Assembly (NCBI RefSeq): GCF_009914755.1
Contig: NC_060936.1
Reading direction: 5' to 3' (one strand)
Source: the human T2T-CHM13v2.0 reference genome, Homo sapiens
Length of the DNA: 64,000 nt
In this document: positions 1 to 16,000 of the stretch, piece by piece
How positions within the stretch are numbered: the stretch's first letter is position 1
How the letters are laid out: each line of letters begins with the position of its first letter
Translations under genes and position numbers: made by a program
Notes under the pieces: generated by a model
The model's input: only the letters and a program-made list of their open reading frames with translations
What the model was told of the DNA's origin: nothing
Database searches by the model: none

Positions 1-233
1 CTGAAAAACTAAGAGAATCTGAGGATCCCAGAGATTCTAAACACTTTTTTGTCATTTATCATGGCCTTAGATATGAATACTCTTCCTTACGATGTCATGG
101 TGCCACTCAGTTGTATCCTATTTCTACCTTTGTGTTTTGGACAGTTAATTACTGTGATTTATAGTAACTTATCTCATACTTTTTGGTCTCAGAAGCCTCT
201 TTGCATTTAAACATTATTAAAGTTCCCAAAGTG

Positions 234-425
<192 letters not shown>

Positions 426-1278
426 TGACCCAGCTATCCCATGTCGTAGATTTATATGCATATACATGTCCAAAAATATAAAAATACATATGTACAAGGT
501 GACTTATAACATTATTCGTAATTGCAAAATTTTGAAAACCTAATTGCCTATAGGTGGGAGAGTGCTTAAATTCACCATGGTGAATCTACACAAAGGAGAC
601 TGGCAGTTTTAAAAAAGAAATGAAACGTGAGCAAAAGAAAAAAAAAAGATAGTATTTTAATCGTGAATGAAATACATATCCATGAGTTTATGCTGATATA
701 AATAAGTAATCAAATACATAAATAAATGGCATATGGACAGACGGCTCTTTCTCATAGAAGAATTTCAGTTAATAAGTATAGATGGAAATAGACCAAAAGA
801 AAATCACCATGAGACAAACTGATGGTTGTGAAAGTTAGTGTGTGAAAGTTTGAGGTTAAACATGGCTTTCATAGTCTCAAAATGTTTTCTCTAAGGTGTT
901 TATTTATTTTAACAGAAGACTAACTTTTCAGTGAAGAAACCTACCAGGACACCTTAACAAAGTGTTTAGAGTTAACATTACCAGTAATAAAGAGACATTG
1001 ACCTCATGAACCCCTTGATACAAGGCACTGAGAGGGACACAATATCATTTCTGTGTTATTCTTTCCAAAAATGTGTAGCCTCATTCCAGTAATGAGAAAA
1101 TGCCAGACAAATGCAAATTCTGGGACATTTTACGACATAACTGAGCAGTACACTTTAAATATGTCAAGATGATGAAAGACAAGGAAAGACTGAGCAGTTA
1201 CAGATGTATTCGAGGGGAAATGTCAGCTAAATGAATTGTGGGATCTTGGATTAAAGCAGATTTCAGGAAAAGGAACAG

Positions 1279-1549
1279 AAAATTAGCTGGGTATAGTGGT
1301 GCATACCTATAGTCCCAGCTACTTGGGAGGCTGAAGAGGGAGGATCACTTGAGCCCAGGAGTTTGAGGTTGCAGTGAGCCCAGGAGTTTGAGGTTGCAGT
1401 GAGCCCAGGAGTTTGAGGTTGCAGTGAGCCCAGGAGTTTGAGGTTGCAGTGAGCCCAGGAGTTTGAGGTTGCAGTAAGCCCTGTTTGCGCCACTGCGCTT
1501 CAGCCTGCAAGACAGAGTGAGACCCTGTCTCAAAAAAAGAAAAAAAAAA
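1279..1549 (+). mobile_element. Alu right monomer (AluJ/FRAM-like) with internal tandem expansion
   Basis: aaaattagctgggtatagtgg...gagaccctgtctc plus A tail. Confidence 0.9.
1351..1475 (+). repeat. Minisatellite, 5 perfect copies of 25 bp GAGCCCAGGAGTTTGAGGTTGCAGT
   Basis: Units start at 1351, 1376, 1401, 1426 and 1451. Confidence 0.97.
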
Positions 1550-1557
1550 TCCGGAAA

Positions 1558-1612
1558 GAAAGGACATTGGTGGAAAAACAATGAAAGGACATTGGTGGAA
1601 AAACAATGAAAG
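1558..1612 (+). repeat. Tandem duplication, 2.2 copies of 25 bp GAAAGGACATTGGTGGAAAAACAAT
   Basis: Identical units at 1558 and 1583. Confidence 0.95.
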
Positions 1613-2017
1613 TAAGGTTCTCAGGTTGGTAAATAGCATTGTACCAGTGTTAATTTCCCAGTTTTGATCATCTTACTATGGTTATGTAAACCATAAACAT
1701 TACAGGAGCCTGTATAAGGAGCAGATGGGCACTGTTCTGTTTTTGCAGCTTTTCTGTATGTTCATAATTAATTCAGAATAAAAGTTTTATTTAACAAATG
1801 TATTGACACTATATTTCTCAGCACTTTTAATCACCCAGTTCACTTTGCCATCTCTTTGAAATAAGTATGCTTTGGAATTTAAAAATGTCTTACTACCAAA
1901 ATTAACATAACAGGTTAGTTAGCTCAGGCATTTTTCCTGAATTTAGGAATGCAGATATTATGTTCTCATATTGTTGACTTCGTAAACCCGTAGTTTAATT
2001 AGGAATGTAGCTGATCA

Positions 2018-2318
<301 letters not shown>

Positions 2319-2499
2319 GGATGTAGCTAATCAAGTTGATCGTTCTAAAGATTAGACTCAAATCCTCAAGCCATGATGATGTAATATGGCTATTATCAGT
2401 AGAGTTATACCTAGACCTAGAGATGAACCTTGACCTGTCTGTATCCTTCAAGTATAGAAGGTTTAATTTTACTCATTTTTAAACATACTTGAGATGTCT

Positions 2500-3470
<971 letters not shown>

Positions 3471-3984
3471 CTTTACATTACTTATTATAACTTTTTATTT
3501 CTGCTGGCTGTCAAAAGATGTGTTATAATACAAGTACAATAATTTCAATTATAGTAATTGCTATACGCAGAACTGAAATTAGGTAAATTCCAGCAACAGC
3601 AAGAACCTTTCAAATAAAACATATAGAAGCATAGTCTTAGCTGATTTGGCTGTTGGTGAATTGGGGATTAAAAAAAGCTTTCTCTTGAAAGCCTACCCAT
3701 CTTTTAAGGGTCAGATGCTTTTTCTTGCGAAGCTGCCTAAATCCTCGCAGTTGGAATTAATCATACCTTCTGTTGTAATTTCATTAGTTTGTTTCTGCAT
3801 TGATTTGGGGATTATTTTATATTACTTTGTATTATATGCTAATTGTGTGCTGGTTCTTCTGCATACTTGAGCTTGGGGACCATGTCTTGGTATTTTACAT
3901 ATAGTTGGTACTTCATAAATGCTTATTGATTTTAATTGTATCTATAGATGTCAAGAACGTTCTGTCACATGCATCTTAGCCTGG

Positions 3985-4376
3985 TCTCTTAGTCTATTTG
4001 GGCTGCTATAGCGAAATACTGTAAACTGGCTAGCTTATAAACAACAGAAATTTATTTCTCACAGTTCTGTGCCTGGAAAGTCCAAGATCAAGGAACCAGC
4101 AGATTTGGTGTCTGGTACAGGTCCACTTTCTGGTTCATAGGTAGCACCTTCTTGTTGTGTCCTCACATGGTGGAAGGGGCAAGGCAGCTCTCTGCAGCCT
4201 CTTTTATAAGGGCATTTAATGCCATTCATGAGGGCTCTGCTCTCATGACCTAATGACCTCCCAAAAGCTCCACCTCCTAATACCATCACATTGGTGATTA
4301 GATTTCAACGTTTGAATTTTGGGAGCACACAAAATTCAGATTCTGATTCTGATCTGATCTGATTCAGATCATTGCA
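3985..4376 (-). mobile_element. MaLR solo LTR (MLT1A-like)
   Basis: tcttagtctatttgggctgctata...gtccaagatcaagg; 5-bp TSD cctgg at 3980-3984 and 4377-4381. Confidence 0.85.
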
Positions 4377-6276
4377 CCTGGCATTTGGAGCCTCCTATTA
4401 AAGCAAGCTCTGTTTTAACCTCATCTTGAGGTCAGATGCTTGGCTTCTCTGTTTTACACAAGCTGACAGTGTTGGTTTCTTTGAATATAACACGTTGTTT
4501 TCCTAATGTATGCTCTTCTACTTCTGCAGAATCTTTTTCCTGTGGATTTCCAGTTTTACTACATAAAGATTCTGCCTTCAAATTAACTTTTGTTGATGAA
4601 CTCTGCCTGGACTTGTTATTGCCTTATCCATTGTTCCTTAGCCTGAATGTTTAATCATGCTTTATTGTTTACATACTTTTCAATACATTGTTTTATAATT
4701 GCCCCTGTGTGATTTAACCCATTTAATTTTCCCTTCTCAGCTAGTTTATATCTGCCATAAGTGAAGAATTACTTTAAAATTTCTTTTTAGTTTTTCTTAA
4801 ACACTGTTTTGCATAGGTTCATTAATTATAGCTGTACTTATTGAGTTATAAATAATAAAATTTAATTTAGTTATAATTTTTTTGGAACTGAATGATATTC
4901 CATTCAGCATCCTAATAAATATTCTCTAAAATTCTGTAGGCTATCCTTTAAGAGCCTTGTATGTTTTAACACAGGAAATGCCATCTTCCCTTAGTTGAGA
5001 ATATTAATTCTTTGAGCAGTGACACTCAGATACACCTTTCAGCAAGGCTGTAAGTTTTAGTCACGTCCTAATAATGCAAAGTAGAGTGGACTGAAAGGAG
5101 GCTCCTATCAATAGTGGTTTGGGGCTTTGTTTTCCTTTATAACAAAGATAAGTATCTGAATTTAACCTTGAAAGAGGTTGTTGTGAGAGAGATTAATGGA
5201 ATGCTGTGGTGCTGTGAGACAGCTCTCCCGAAACCAATGAATATTAAGAATAAAGTTCAAAGAAAGTGAAAACAATGGAAATAGAGCCGGGGAAAATCAG
5301 CTTTACATATATTTAAGCATATTCTCTTCTTAGATATATAGTCAATGAAACATTTGTGTTTTTCTCTGTAATTTGATTTAACTCTGTCTACAAAAACAGT
5401 TTCTTCATTTTGATAAGAGATTTTTTTTCCTTTCTGAGAATGAACACTACTTATCCTTCATTTTTAGATTTGCCAGGGGGATAATTATTTAAGAAAGCCT
5501 TTTATAAACATTAAGATTGACATCTTTTTAGGAATACTATTTCTAGAAATAGTATGTGATTTGTCACATGCTGGATACATCTAATATATTAATGTTCCTG
5601 TTTTTGCAAAAATAAATTTTGATTTCCTGTTTCTAGAACTTTTCCTTCACCTATTTAAATGTTTAATCCTGTATCATTTCTTCCTTTTTAATAAAAATTT
5701 TTTCTTAGTAAAACAGGGCTTTTTCTATATAGAATATTGTCGTAGGTGAGTTTTTATGGTGTTCTTAATGAATATTAGAGTAACGGATCACAATGGAAAA
5801 GTGTGCATATAAATCAGCATCTGTTTTTACATCCCTGTGGATAGTTGCTGAAATTACGCATGAAAATTCTCTTTTACTGCAGGTGAAGCACCTACACAAA
5901 TTGTTGGTTATGTGTGCAGCTTTTAAAAACTCCTATCTCAAACTGGGCCACTTTTTACCATTTAGAAAGAAAGCAAAAACACGGCTTAACATTACTTTTT
6001 AAAATTCTGCAGTGTTTGAAATGGACTCTGTAGTACTTTTCCCTCTGGCCACATGTCAGTTCAATTTAATAGCAGTGAAATTTATTGAAAGACTTTATTG
6101 ATAGGACTAATGTGCTCTCCATAAAATGATGAATAAAATTACATTAGGCACTAAAATTATTAAAAACTGGACTACTAAGTTCTCACTTTAGTGAAATGAA
6201 TGGTTTACTCCTTTCCTTTGTGTTGTGTGAGCTCTTCTTGGTTTGCATTTGGAAGGAAAAGTCTCCAATGAGATTC

Positions 6277-6540
6277 TTTTTTTTCTTAAATTTTATTTTT
6301 AATTATAATGGATACATAATAGTTATACATATTTACGAGGTACACATGATGTTTTGATACAAGCATGTAATGTGTAATGATCAGATCTGGGTAATTAGGG
6401 TACTCATCCCCTCAAGCATTTATCATTTCTCTGTGTTAGGAACGTTATAATTCTATTCTTTTAGGTATTTTAACATGTACAACAAAGTGTTGTTAGTTAT
6501 AGTTGCCTTATTATGCCACTGAATGCTAATCCTGTTATTT
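6277..6540 (-). mobile_element. L1MA 3' end fragment
   Basis: T tail followed by aatagttatacatatttacgaggtacacatgatgttttgatac...aatgatcagatctgggtaatt. Confidence 0.8.
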
Positions 6541-7627
6541 TTTAAGAGAACAGAAGCAGGTATGCAAATAGTCCATTTTCTAAGACCTCAGAAGCAAAGG
6601 TCAGCCTCTTATGGGCCACATCAGTTGTCTGTTATTTTAAGGAAAAGATATTTTTGGGATTTTTTGGTAAAGACTTTGAAAAGGTATGCTTGTTCTTTTT
6701 ATAAGCATTACAGATCAAAGATTTATAGTGTCCTAGGATTAGGTAAACTCCATGTCCTTGCCCAAGTTTCTCATACTCAGCTACCATGATTTTCAAGATG
6801 AGACCCTTCCCAGTCTGTATGGGATATTTGTACTCTATGCTCTGTAAAATTTATTGATATAAAGCATCATTTTTATATGTGTACTTTTCTGTTTATTTAA
6901 TGAAATACATCTGCTTTTGTTTTGACTTTGGTTTTTAACAATTGGGGTTATAACAGAGCACCACTCTTAACTGAGGGGAGACATTTGAGGTGTTTTAAGG
7001 AGAAGGAGGGAGAGAATATTTTTAAATTTTAACCCACAGTATTGCCTTAAAGTAGTTGGTGTGTAACCAAATTCTGTCTCTGTGTTGTGCTAGCTTTCAC
7101 TTCATCAGTGCATCTGGCTTCAATTTTTTTCCCCACAAAGCATCTGAGAAGTTGGTAAATGAATTCTGACATGTTGAATGATTTTAATGAAATCTTCTGG
7201 ATGTGTATATATGCTTAGGGGATGGGGAAGAGGGAGGCAGAATAAGCAGTGGGGTTGAAGGTAACAAAGAATTACTGTCTCTTTACGTTAAGGATAATGG
7301 ATAACAGTTAACATTAATATCTTTCAGAACAGGTTAAAGTCTGTCTGGTAAGTGGTGTTTACTTCCAAGGAAGCAGCTCTTATTATTAATTCAAATAAAT
7401 GACTTCCATTACCGTGTCAGAATGAGAGCTGGGAGAGGGAGGAGAGAATGTGGGAGATTGTTACTTTGGATAATCTTTGTGAAATCTGAATTGGCCTTCT
7501 TTCTGCTGCAGAAAAAGGCAAAAGCTTAGGGAGATCTACCATCATCAAGTAGCTCTTTTTTATGTGACTATACTGTAGGGCCTTGTTAACAATTTTTGAG
7601 GGAGATGTTTGAGGGAACAACAAATTA

Positions 7628-8011
<384 letters not shown>

Positions 8012-8708
8012 TTACAGCTCAGTGATGTGTAGCTTGGTGTTGACAGAGCTGACATCAAGAAGTAAAGTTCTGAGAGATGTATTGGGAGTGGTATCATGGG
8101 AGTTGCTATAGAGTCCAGTCTCTCCCTGTTAATCTGCCTGAGTGAAGCTATAGTTAGGCTGTCCCAACTTCTGCCCTAGTCTCTTTGAATATAGGAGTCT
8201 TCTTCTTTAAGGAGATGAGGGATTCTTTGAAAGGTCTTCCTTCTTCTCCCTCTACCAGACCCCTCAAAGTAGTCACACAAACCTCCTGCCGTGAACCCTG
8301 TACTCTGTGAGTGAAGTATTCGTATTTGATTTCAGCAAATATGTGAGGCTGGCAAAAGTAGGCTTCAGTTACATAATCCAATGGTAGGAAAAATGGTCTG
8401 GGTTCGTTTTGGTGAGTGCAAATGTGGTTAATAGCAGTTGAAGTAAAACTCTAAAGATACTGCTTTCATTTTAGGTGATATGAACTATTTAAAATGATAA
8501 AGCATGTTCCTTTGCTATCTCTAGATAGCTATTAAGTGAGATGTCTGTGACACACAGTACATTTCTAAATTTTGGGTTGCCTGAATTGTTTAAGCAGAGT
8601 AAAATAGCCAAGTTAGGGCAGGTGCATGGAATAAAACTCTCTCTCTACTTAGTCTTATTCCCCTAGGCTGCCAATTTAATGCTTTTTTCTAATTAGTGAG
8701 TGCTATAA

Positions 8709-9238
<530 letters not shown>

Positions 9239-9248
9239 AAATCCACTT

Positions 9249-10514
<1,266 letters not shown>

Positions 10515-11264
10515 AAATCTACTTCTTTAAAAACAATTTTGAAATACACAGTTGTAATTTAAAATTAGACTCTGTTTTTGCCTTTTTTTTTTTTTATAAC
10601 TTTTTCCCTTGTCTACTTTAAGACTAGAAGCAGTTATAATGAAAATTCATGAGGAAACAGGAGTTTAAAGAGGGTCTTTATTCAGTGGGGGCCAATAGAC
10701 TCTGAGTATTTCGTTCTCAGACTAAAAAAAAAAAAAAAAAGTTGATTCCCCAAACAGTCAAATGTGAGGATTCACTCAAATGTGATGACTAAGCTTATTG
10801 ATAAACCTCCATTGTATATCTCTTAAAACATTTGCCCAATTTTTTTTCAGCTGAACTTTGATGATTGGCCTATCACTGAGTATTCTTGGTGTTGAACTAT
10901 TTATGAATACGTTGGATTACTCTAATTTATAATCATAGTCACAAGAAAATATTTTATTAGAGTTCAAATCACTTGCAGAGTTTATTCTGAATAATTCCTG
11001 ACATAATGCATATCTTGCTGGTTTCACATTCAGTGAAATGCTGAGCCATATCTCAATTCTGTAGTCTCCATAATATCTGCCTTTATATTTTAGGTATGTT
11101 TGGGTTCCATTTTAATATAGTCTCATACCAACAGCTGTGTTTTTATAATTGAGGTCCTGTTAGCCTAAAAGGCATTTTTCTTGGAGAAGAAATTTTGTCT
11201 TCATTGATAATCCAGTTTTGTTATACTGGAGCTACATCCTCAGGTTCTATAATACCCATCCTTC

Positions 11265-11742
11265 AGTTTGACTCCAAGTCATCCTTACCTCCTGGCGTTC
11301 ATGCCCTTGTGTAGTCCTCTCCCGCACCCTGTCAGGATTGGTCTGTATGAACCGTACAAGAAGGCAGAAGTGATGGCGCCGGCTTCTGAAGCTACATCAC
11401 AAAAGATACTGATGCAACTGCCTTGCACTCCTGAATCACTTGCCCTGGTGAGAGCCAGCCTCCGTGTTGTAATGACACTCAAGCAGCCCGGTGGAGAGGA
11501 ACAGAGGCCTCTTGCCACTAGCTGCACCACCTTGCCAGCCATGTAAGTGGAAGCAAAGGACTGAATCCTGGTTGACATCTTGACTACCACCTCATAAGAG
11601 ACCCTGGCACCAGAACTGTTTAGCTAAGCTGCTTTTGAGTTCTTGACCCACACAAACTGTGTGAGATAATCAGTATTCACTGTTTTCTTAAGCTGCTAAG
11701 TTTCGAAGTAACTCATTAATACAACAATGAACAATGATTACA
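11265..11742 (+). mobile_element. MaLR LTR (MLT1F/E-like)
   Basis: cctcctggcgttcatgcccttgtgtagtcctctccc...aactgtgtgagataat...ttaagctgctaagtttc. Confidence 0.72.
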
Positions 11743-12049
11743 GATATTTTATATTTTTAGTATTAAGGTGATCTACCATAGTCTGATTTTTCCCCTCTAA
11801 ATCCACAGTTTGGTTTTCTCTGTTAGAGTAATAAATGCTATTTTAAATTGTTTTATTCATATTATCACCATGGTAATTATCAGGGTTGGGTAACATTGGA
11901 GCTTTTGTTGGTGTTTATTACCTATATAACTCATATTTGTCTGCTGACAGCCTGTAAGCTGGGAAAAGAGTTACAAATGTATGTAAAACATGATGTGTCA
12001 TATAGCCTTTTATAGATTTATTTCCTATGTAAAAAACTGCTCTAACTAG

Positions 12050-12354
12050 TGCCACATTCTCCAGTAGAAATACAATGTGAGCCACACGTATAATTTTGAA
12101 TTTTCTAATAGTCTCATTAAAAAAACTAAAAGGAAACATTAATTTTAATAATGTTTTCTTTAATCAAATATATCCAAAATATTATTTCAACATATAATCA
12201 ATATGAAAATTATTAAAGAAGTGTTGTACCTCCTTTTTTTAAGACTAAGTTTTTGAAATTTAGGTGTGTTTATAGCACATCTCAGTTTGGACTAGCCACG
12301 TTTAATCACCCAGTAGCTAGTTGTTGCTAGTGGCTTCTGCATTGGACAGTACAA
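12050..12354. mobile_element. MER33-like hAT-Charlie element
   Basis: tccagtagaaatacaatgtgagccacacgtataattttgaattttctaatag...ctagtggcttctgcattggacag. Confidence 0.8.
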
Positions 12355-13369
12355 ATAGTATATTAGCTAAAGAAGAATATTTTCTTCTAAGCTAGCGGCA
12401 GATTAAGAATGCCTATAAACAACAGGTATGATTTTCTCAAATTAAGTGTGGCATGTCCTATCTTAATCTCTAGCTACATTTAGTTCCAGTAAGTCAACTT
12501 CCTAATTTCCAGATGCTTCAGATCCTTCAAACCTAAGGAATATAGGGATAGGAGGAATTAGGGATAGTACATAGTATATGTAGATTTCTTCAGCATTACA
12601 GACTCAGAATGGCTCTTACTGTCTCATAGTTTATCATGAAGGTTGGTGAATATGGACTTTTTGAAGGAGAAAATGTACTTTAGCATGTAAAGCATGTATT
12701 CCAAGCCTCAGGCTACACATGGTAGAATCACTCTTACACTTGGGCCACCAGGAAGCACTTTCCAGGGGTTTTAGCACATCCCCTTACTTCATCGATGTGG
12801 TCCTCAGAGCAGAAGTATGTGAAGTCTGTTGCATTTCATGATTCTCAAGTCTAATATGACATCTTATTGGCTCACTCACTTTCAAGGAAGCTGGTGACAA
12901 CTGTCACTTCTTCAACTCAAAGTCTGGCATTGACAGATTAGAGATTTTTAAATCTTCAGAATCTTCAGGATTTATGGAAGAACTTACTGTGATAATATTG
13001 TCCCTTTTAAAAAATGTTGTTATTTAGAACATCCCATGGTTATCAAAAGACTTGAAAGGAATTTCTTATCATAATTCTGACCCACTTCTGTAAAATATTG
13101 CCGTGAAGAAATTCATAGGACTTTTGAATAAAAAGCTGAAGAGCACAATGATGTATAATCCATACATGTTTTGTTCTCTTTACCTTTCTTTTTTCTGATC
13201 ATGAGCACTGCCTGAAGATGTGTTTGCCTGGTCTGCTTTTCTCTTTTCACAGTAAACAGTTAACTTACATATTTAGATATCAGTTATCTAAACAATGACA
13301 CTTGTAACTATTTCCAGAAGGTCTTTAGATCCCTATTGATTTCTTCATAGTGCAAGATACTCTTTTAAC

Positions 13370-14690
13370 ATATTTTTCAATTTTCTTTTGATTTTATATC
13401 AGAACTATGTATTTTATATTATTTACACAAATAATACTTACATGTCTTAGAATAATAGTCACTTCTCTTATTCTTTTCTAACTCTGATTCCTCTTCCTCT
13501 GAGATGACCACTTTCATCTCTTTTGGTTGTTTCTACTGTTGTTTATTTTTATCTTTCCAAATGACATTCTTATATTATTGTTGTATTATTTTTCTTATTT
13601 GGGCGTTGTCTGTTGACATCTTATCATAGATGATGAGGAATTAGTGTTTTTACACAAACCAACACACACACTTACTTCTTTCTGTCCTTCCAATATAATT
13701 ATATCTAGGTCTACATTTTTAAAACTGAGGCACGTAGTATATTATGATTTACATTTTGGTCTTTCCTAGGGTACCTTAGTTTTCCTTTTTGTTTTTCCTG
13801 TCTTGGGTATCTCTTTCTTTCTTTCTTTTTTTTTTTTTTTTTTTTTGAGACGGAGTCTCACTCTGTTACCCAGGCTGGAGTGCAATGGCATGATCTTGGC
13901 TCACTGCAACCTCCACCTCCTGGTTCAAGTGATTCTCCTGCCTCAACCTCCTGAGTAGCTGGGATTACAGGCGCCCGCCACAACGCCCAGCTAATTTTTT
14001 TGTATTTTCAGTAGAGACGGGGTTTCACCATGTTGGTCAGGCTGGTCTCAAACTCCTGACCTCGTGATCCACCCGCCTTGGCCTCCCAAAGTGCTGGGAT
14101 TGCAGGCGTGAGCCACCACGCCCTGCTTTCTTGGGTATCTATTCCCAGATTCCTTTCTACACCCATAAAATTCCTCCTGATATCATTGCTACTATAAAAA
14201 CACATCATCCCTTACTAATTGCCCTTGGATAATCCATACATCTGCTGTTTTTCTTGGAAACATTCATTTCCTTTCTCTGCTGTAGTGTGTAGTTAGTCTC
14301 TAGGTTGTGTCATGCTTGTGGTTCCCTTCACCACTCACCTATGGTAGAGCTCTTTTTTCTGGATCCCACATCTTCTTTCCAGGTTTACCTCTTCATTTTC
14401 ATAGAGTATACCGTAGTAGCTTCCTGAGAGAGTCGTTGAGTGAGATACTTTTTTGGGGGGATTTTGCATTCAACTCCCATATTTGATTGGTAGTTTAGAT
14501 ACAGAATTCTAGATTGGTAATCATTTGTTTTCCCTTAGAGTTTTGAAACCATTACTCAAATTGTCTTCTACTTTCCTGTGTTGCCTTTAAAAACTCCAGT
14601 GTCTTCTGATTTGTTGATCTGACAAGTGATCATTTTTGGCCTTTCTAAAAGTTTTCAAGATGTTTTCTTTCCTCTAGTGTTCTAAACTTT
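13370..14690 (-). mobile_element. Ancient L1ME-like remnant, interrupted by an Alu
   Basis: T-rich degenerate sequence with gatacagaattctagattggtaatcatt, a reverse L1 motif. Confidence 0.4.
13813..14128 (-). mobile_element. AluS (Sg-like), full length
   Basis: Perfect TSD tcttgggtatct at 13801 and 14129. Confidence 0.94.
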
Positions 14691-15962
14691 ACAGAAAGAG
14701 TATTCATATTATCATCTAAGCACCAAATGATGGATTTAATCTTTTTGCAAGAGCGAGGACAAGAAAGAGTGATTATAAATATTACCTAGCAGTGCTGTTG
14801 ATACTCTGGTATTTGTAGGACTCAAGGGCTTTCCTGTTTATTTCTTACAGTGGCTCAACATTTTATTAAATTAAATAGGAGATTCAAGCTGTGGTTCAAC
14901 ACAAGAGAAACTTCTTGGTTTATTTTAGCAGAGCTCTCAAAATTCCAAAACTAAAACTAGTGCCAGATTTTACCCACTCGATAGATTAAGTAATTCTGGA
15001 CTTTGTAAATGAAGGTGAGAGAGATATTTGCCGTCTTCTTTCTCTTGTATTTTACTATCCTAGTTTGATACAGTTGCGTTAGAGCAAATGCTTCCATACT
15101 TAGCTTTACATCGAAATGTTATGTGACTTATAATATCACGTAAATATTACTTATCAGCCATTTCCTTTTATTTGTAGTTTCACTTGGCTTTTGTTTTTCA
15201 TCCTTATTATCGAGAAAGATTTTGAACCAGGCTTTGTCATTAATTCCAGAAATCTTTTTTAAATAAGGCTGTGAACACTGAGCTCATGGAGTACACTCTG
15301 GTTTCACTGCCGGCTTCAGGTAAAGTCATGACATGAGTTTTATAATGAAACACTATGAAACTTGATTCTCTGCATTGTGACAGATTACTAATCATTTTCT
15401 CCCTAAAAGTTTTTTATTGATACAGCCACAAAGCTATTTTTGCCCCACGCAGATGTACAAGTGAAGTTGTTTGCTTGAAATAGATTCCTGGGAAGTTATT
15501 TGGAATTAACTGTTTGAGCCTCAATTTTAGATAATAGAAGCCTCTCAGGAGACTTGCAAAAAACAGTTTAAGAGTGGGATAGGATAGACCGCACAAAGAC
15601 ATAATACTGAGTTTTCCGTAAGTTGCTAATGAGAAACGTTATCAACTTTATGTATTAATAATGTTTCTTTATGCTTCTTTATACTTACAGCAATCTGTAT
15701 TTTAGAATCCCACATTACTCCAAAATAGTCATTCTCATTCATTAGAGGGTTTGAGAAGACTGAACTAATCATTGCATCCATCTCTTAGTTCGTAATCCTT
15801 CTTTTATGTTTAGTTTTCTTTGATTCTGAAGAAACCACCTTGGCCTTTGTTTTGACGGGCATCGTTCCTTGTCTCTGCGCGCGGCGTCCCTTTAAAACCC
15901 TCCACTGTACTGTGCTGCTCATGGCAAGTCAACAGAGGGAAGGAAGAGCTCAACAAACAACG

Positions 15963-16000
15963 TTTGTTTTCTTTTGTTTTGTTTTGTTTTGTTTTGTTTG
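15963..16000. repeat. (GTTTT)n simple repeat
   Basis: Direct reading. Confidence 0.85.

Larger units (their letters stand above)
620..1790 (+). mobile_element. Old L1M (L1MC/L1ME-like) 3' region, interrupted by an Alu monomer
   Basis: gaaacctaccaggacaccttaac...aacattaccagtaat and gcattgtaccagtgttaatttcc motifs typical of L1MC 3' UTRs; ends near aataaaag. Confidence 0.55.

Noticed and set aside
1351-1475. CRISPR-like regular 25-bp repeats
   Set aside because: No spacers, the units are Alu-derived, and the context is eukaryotic
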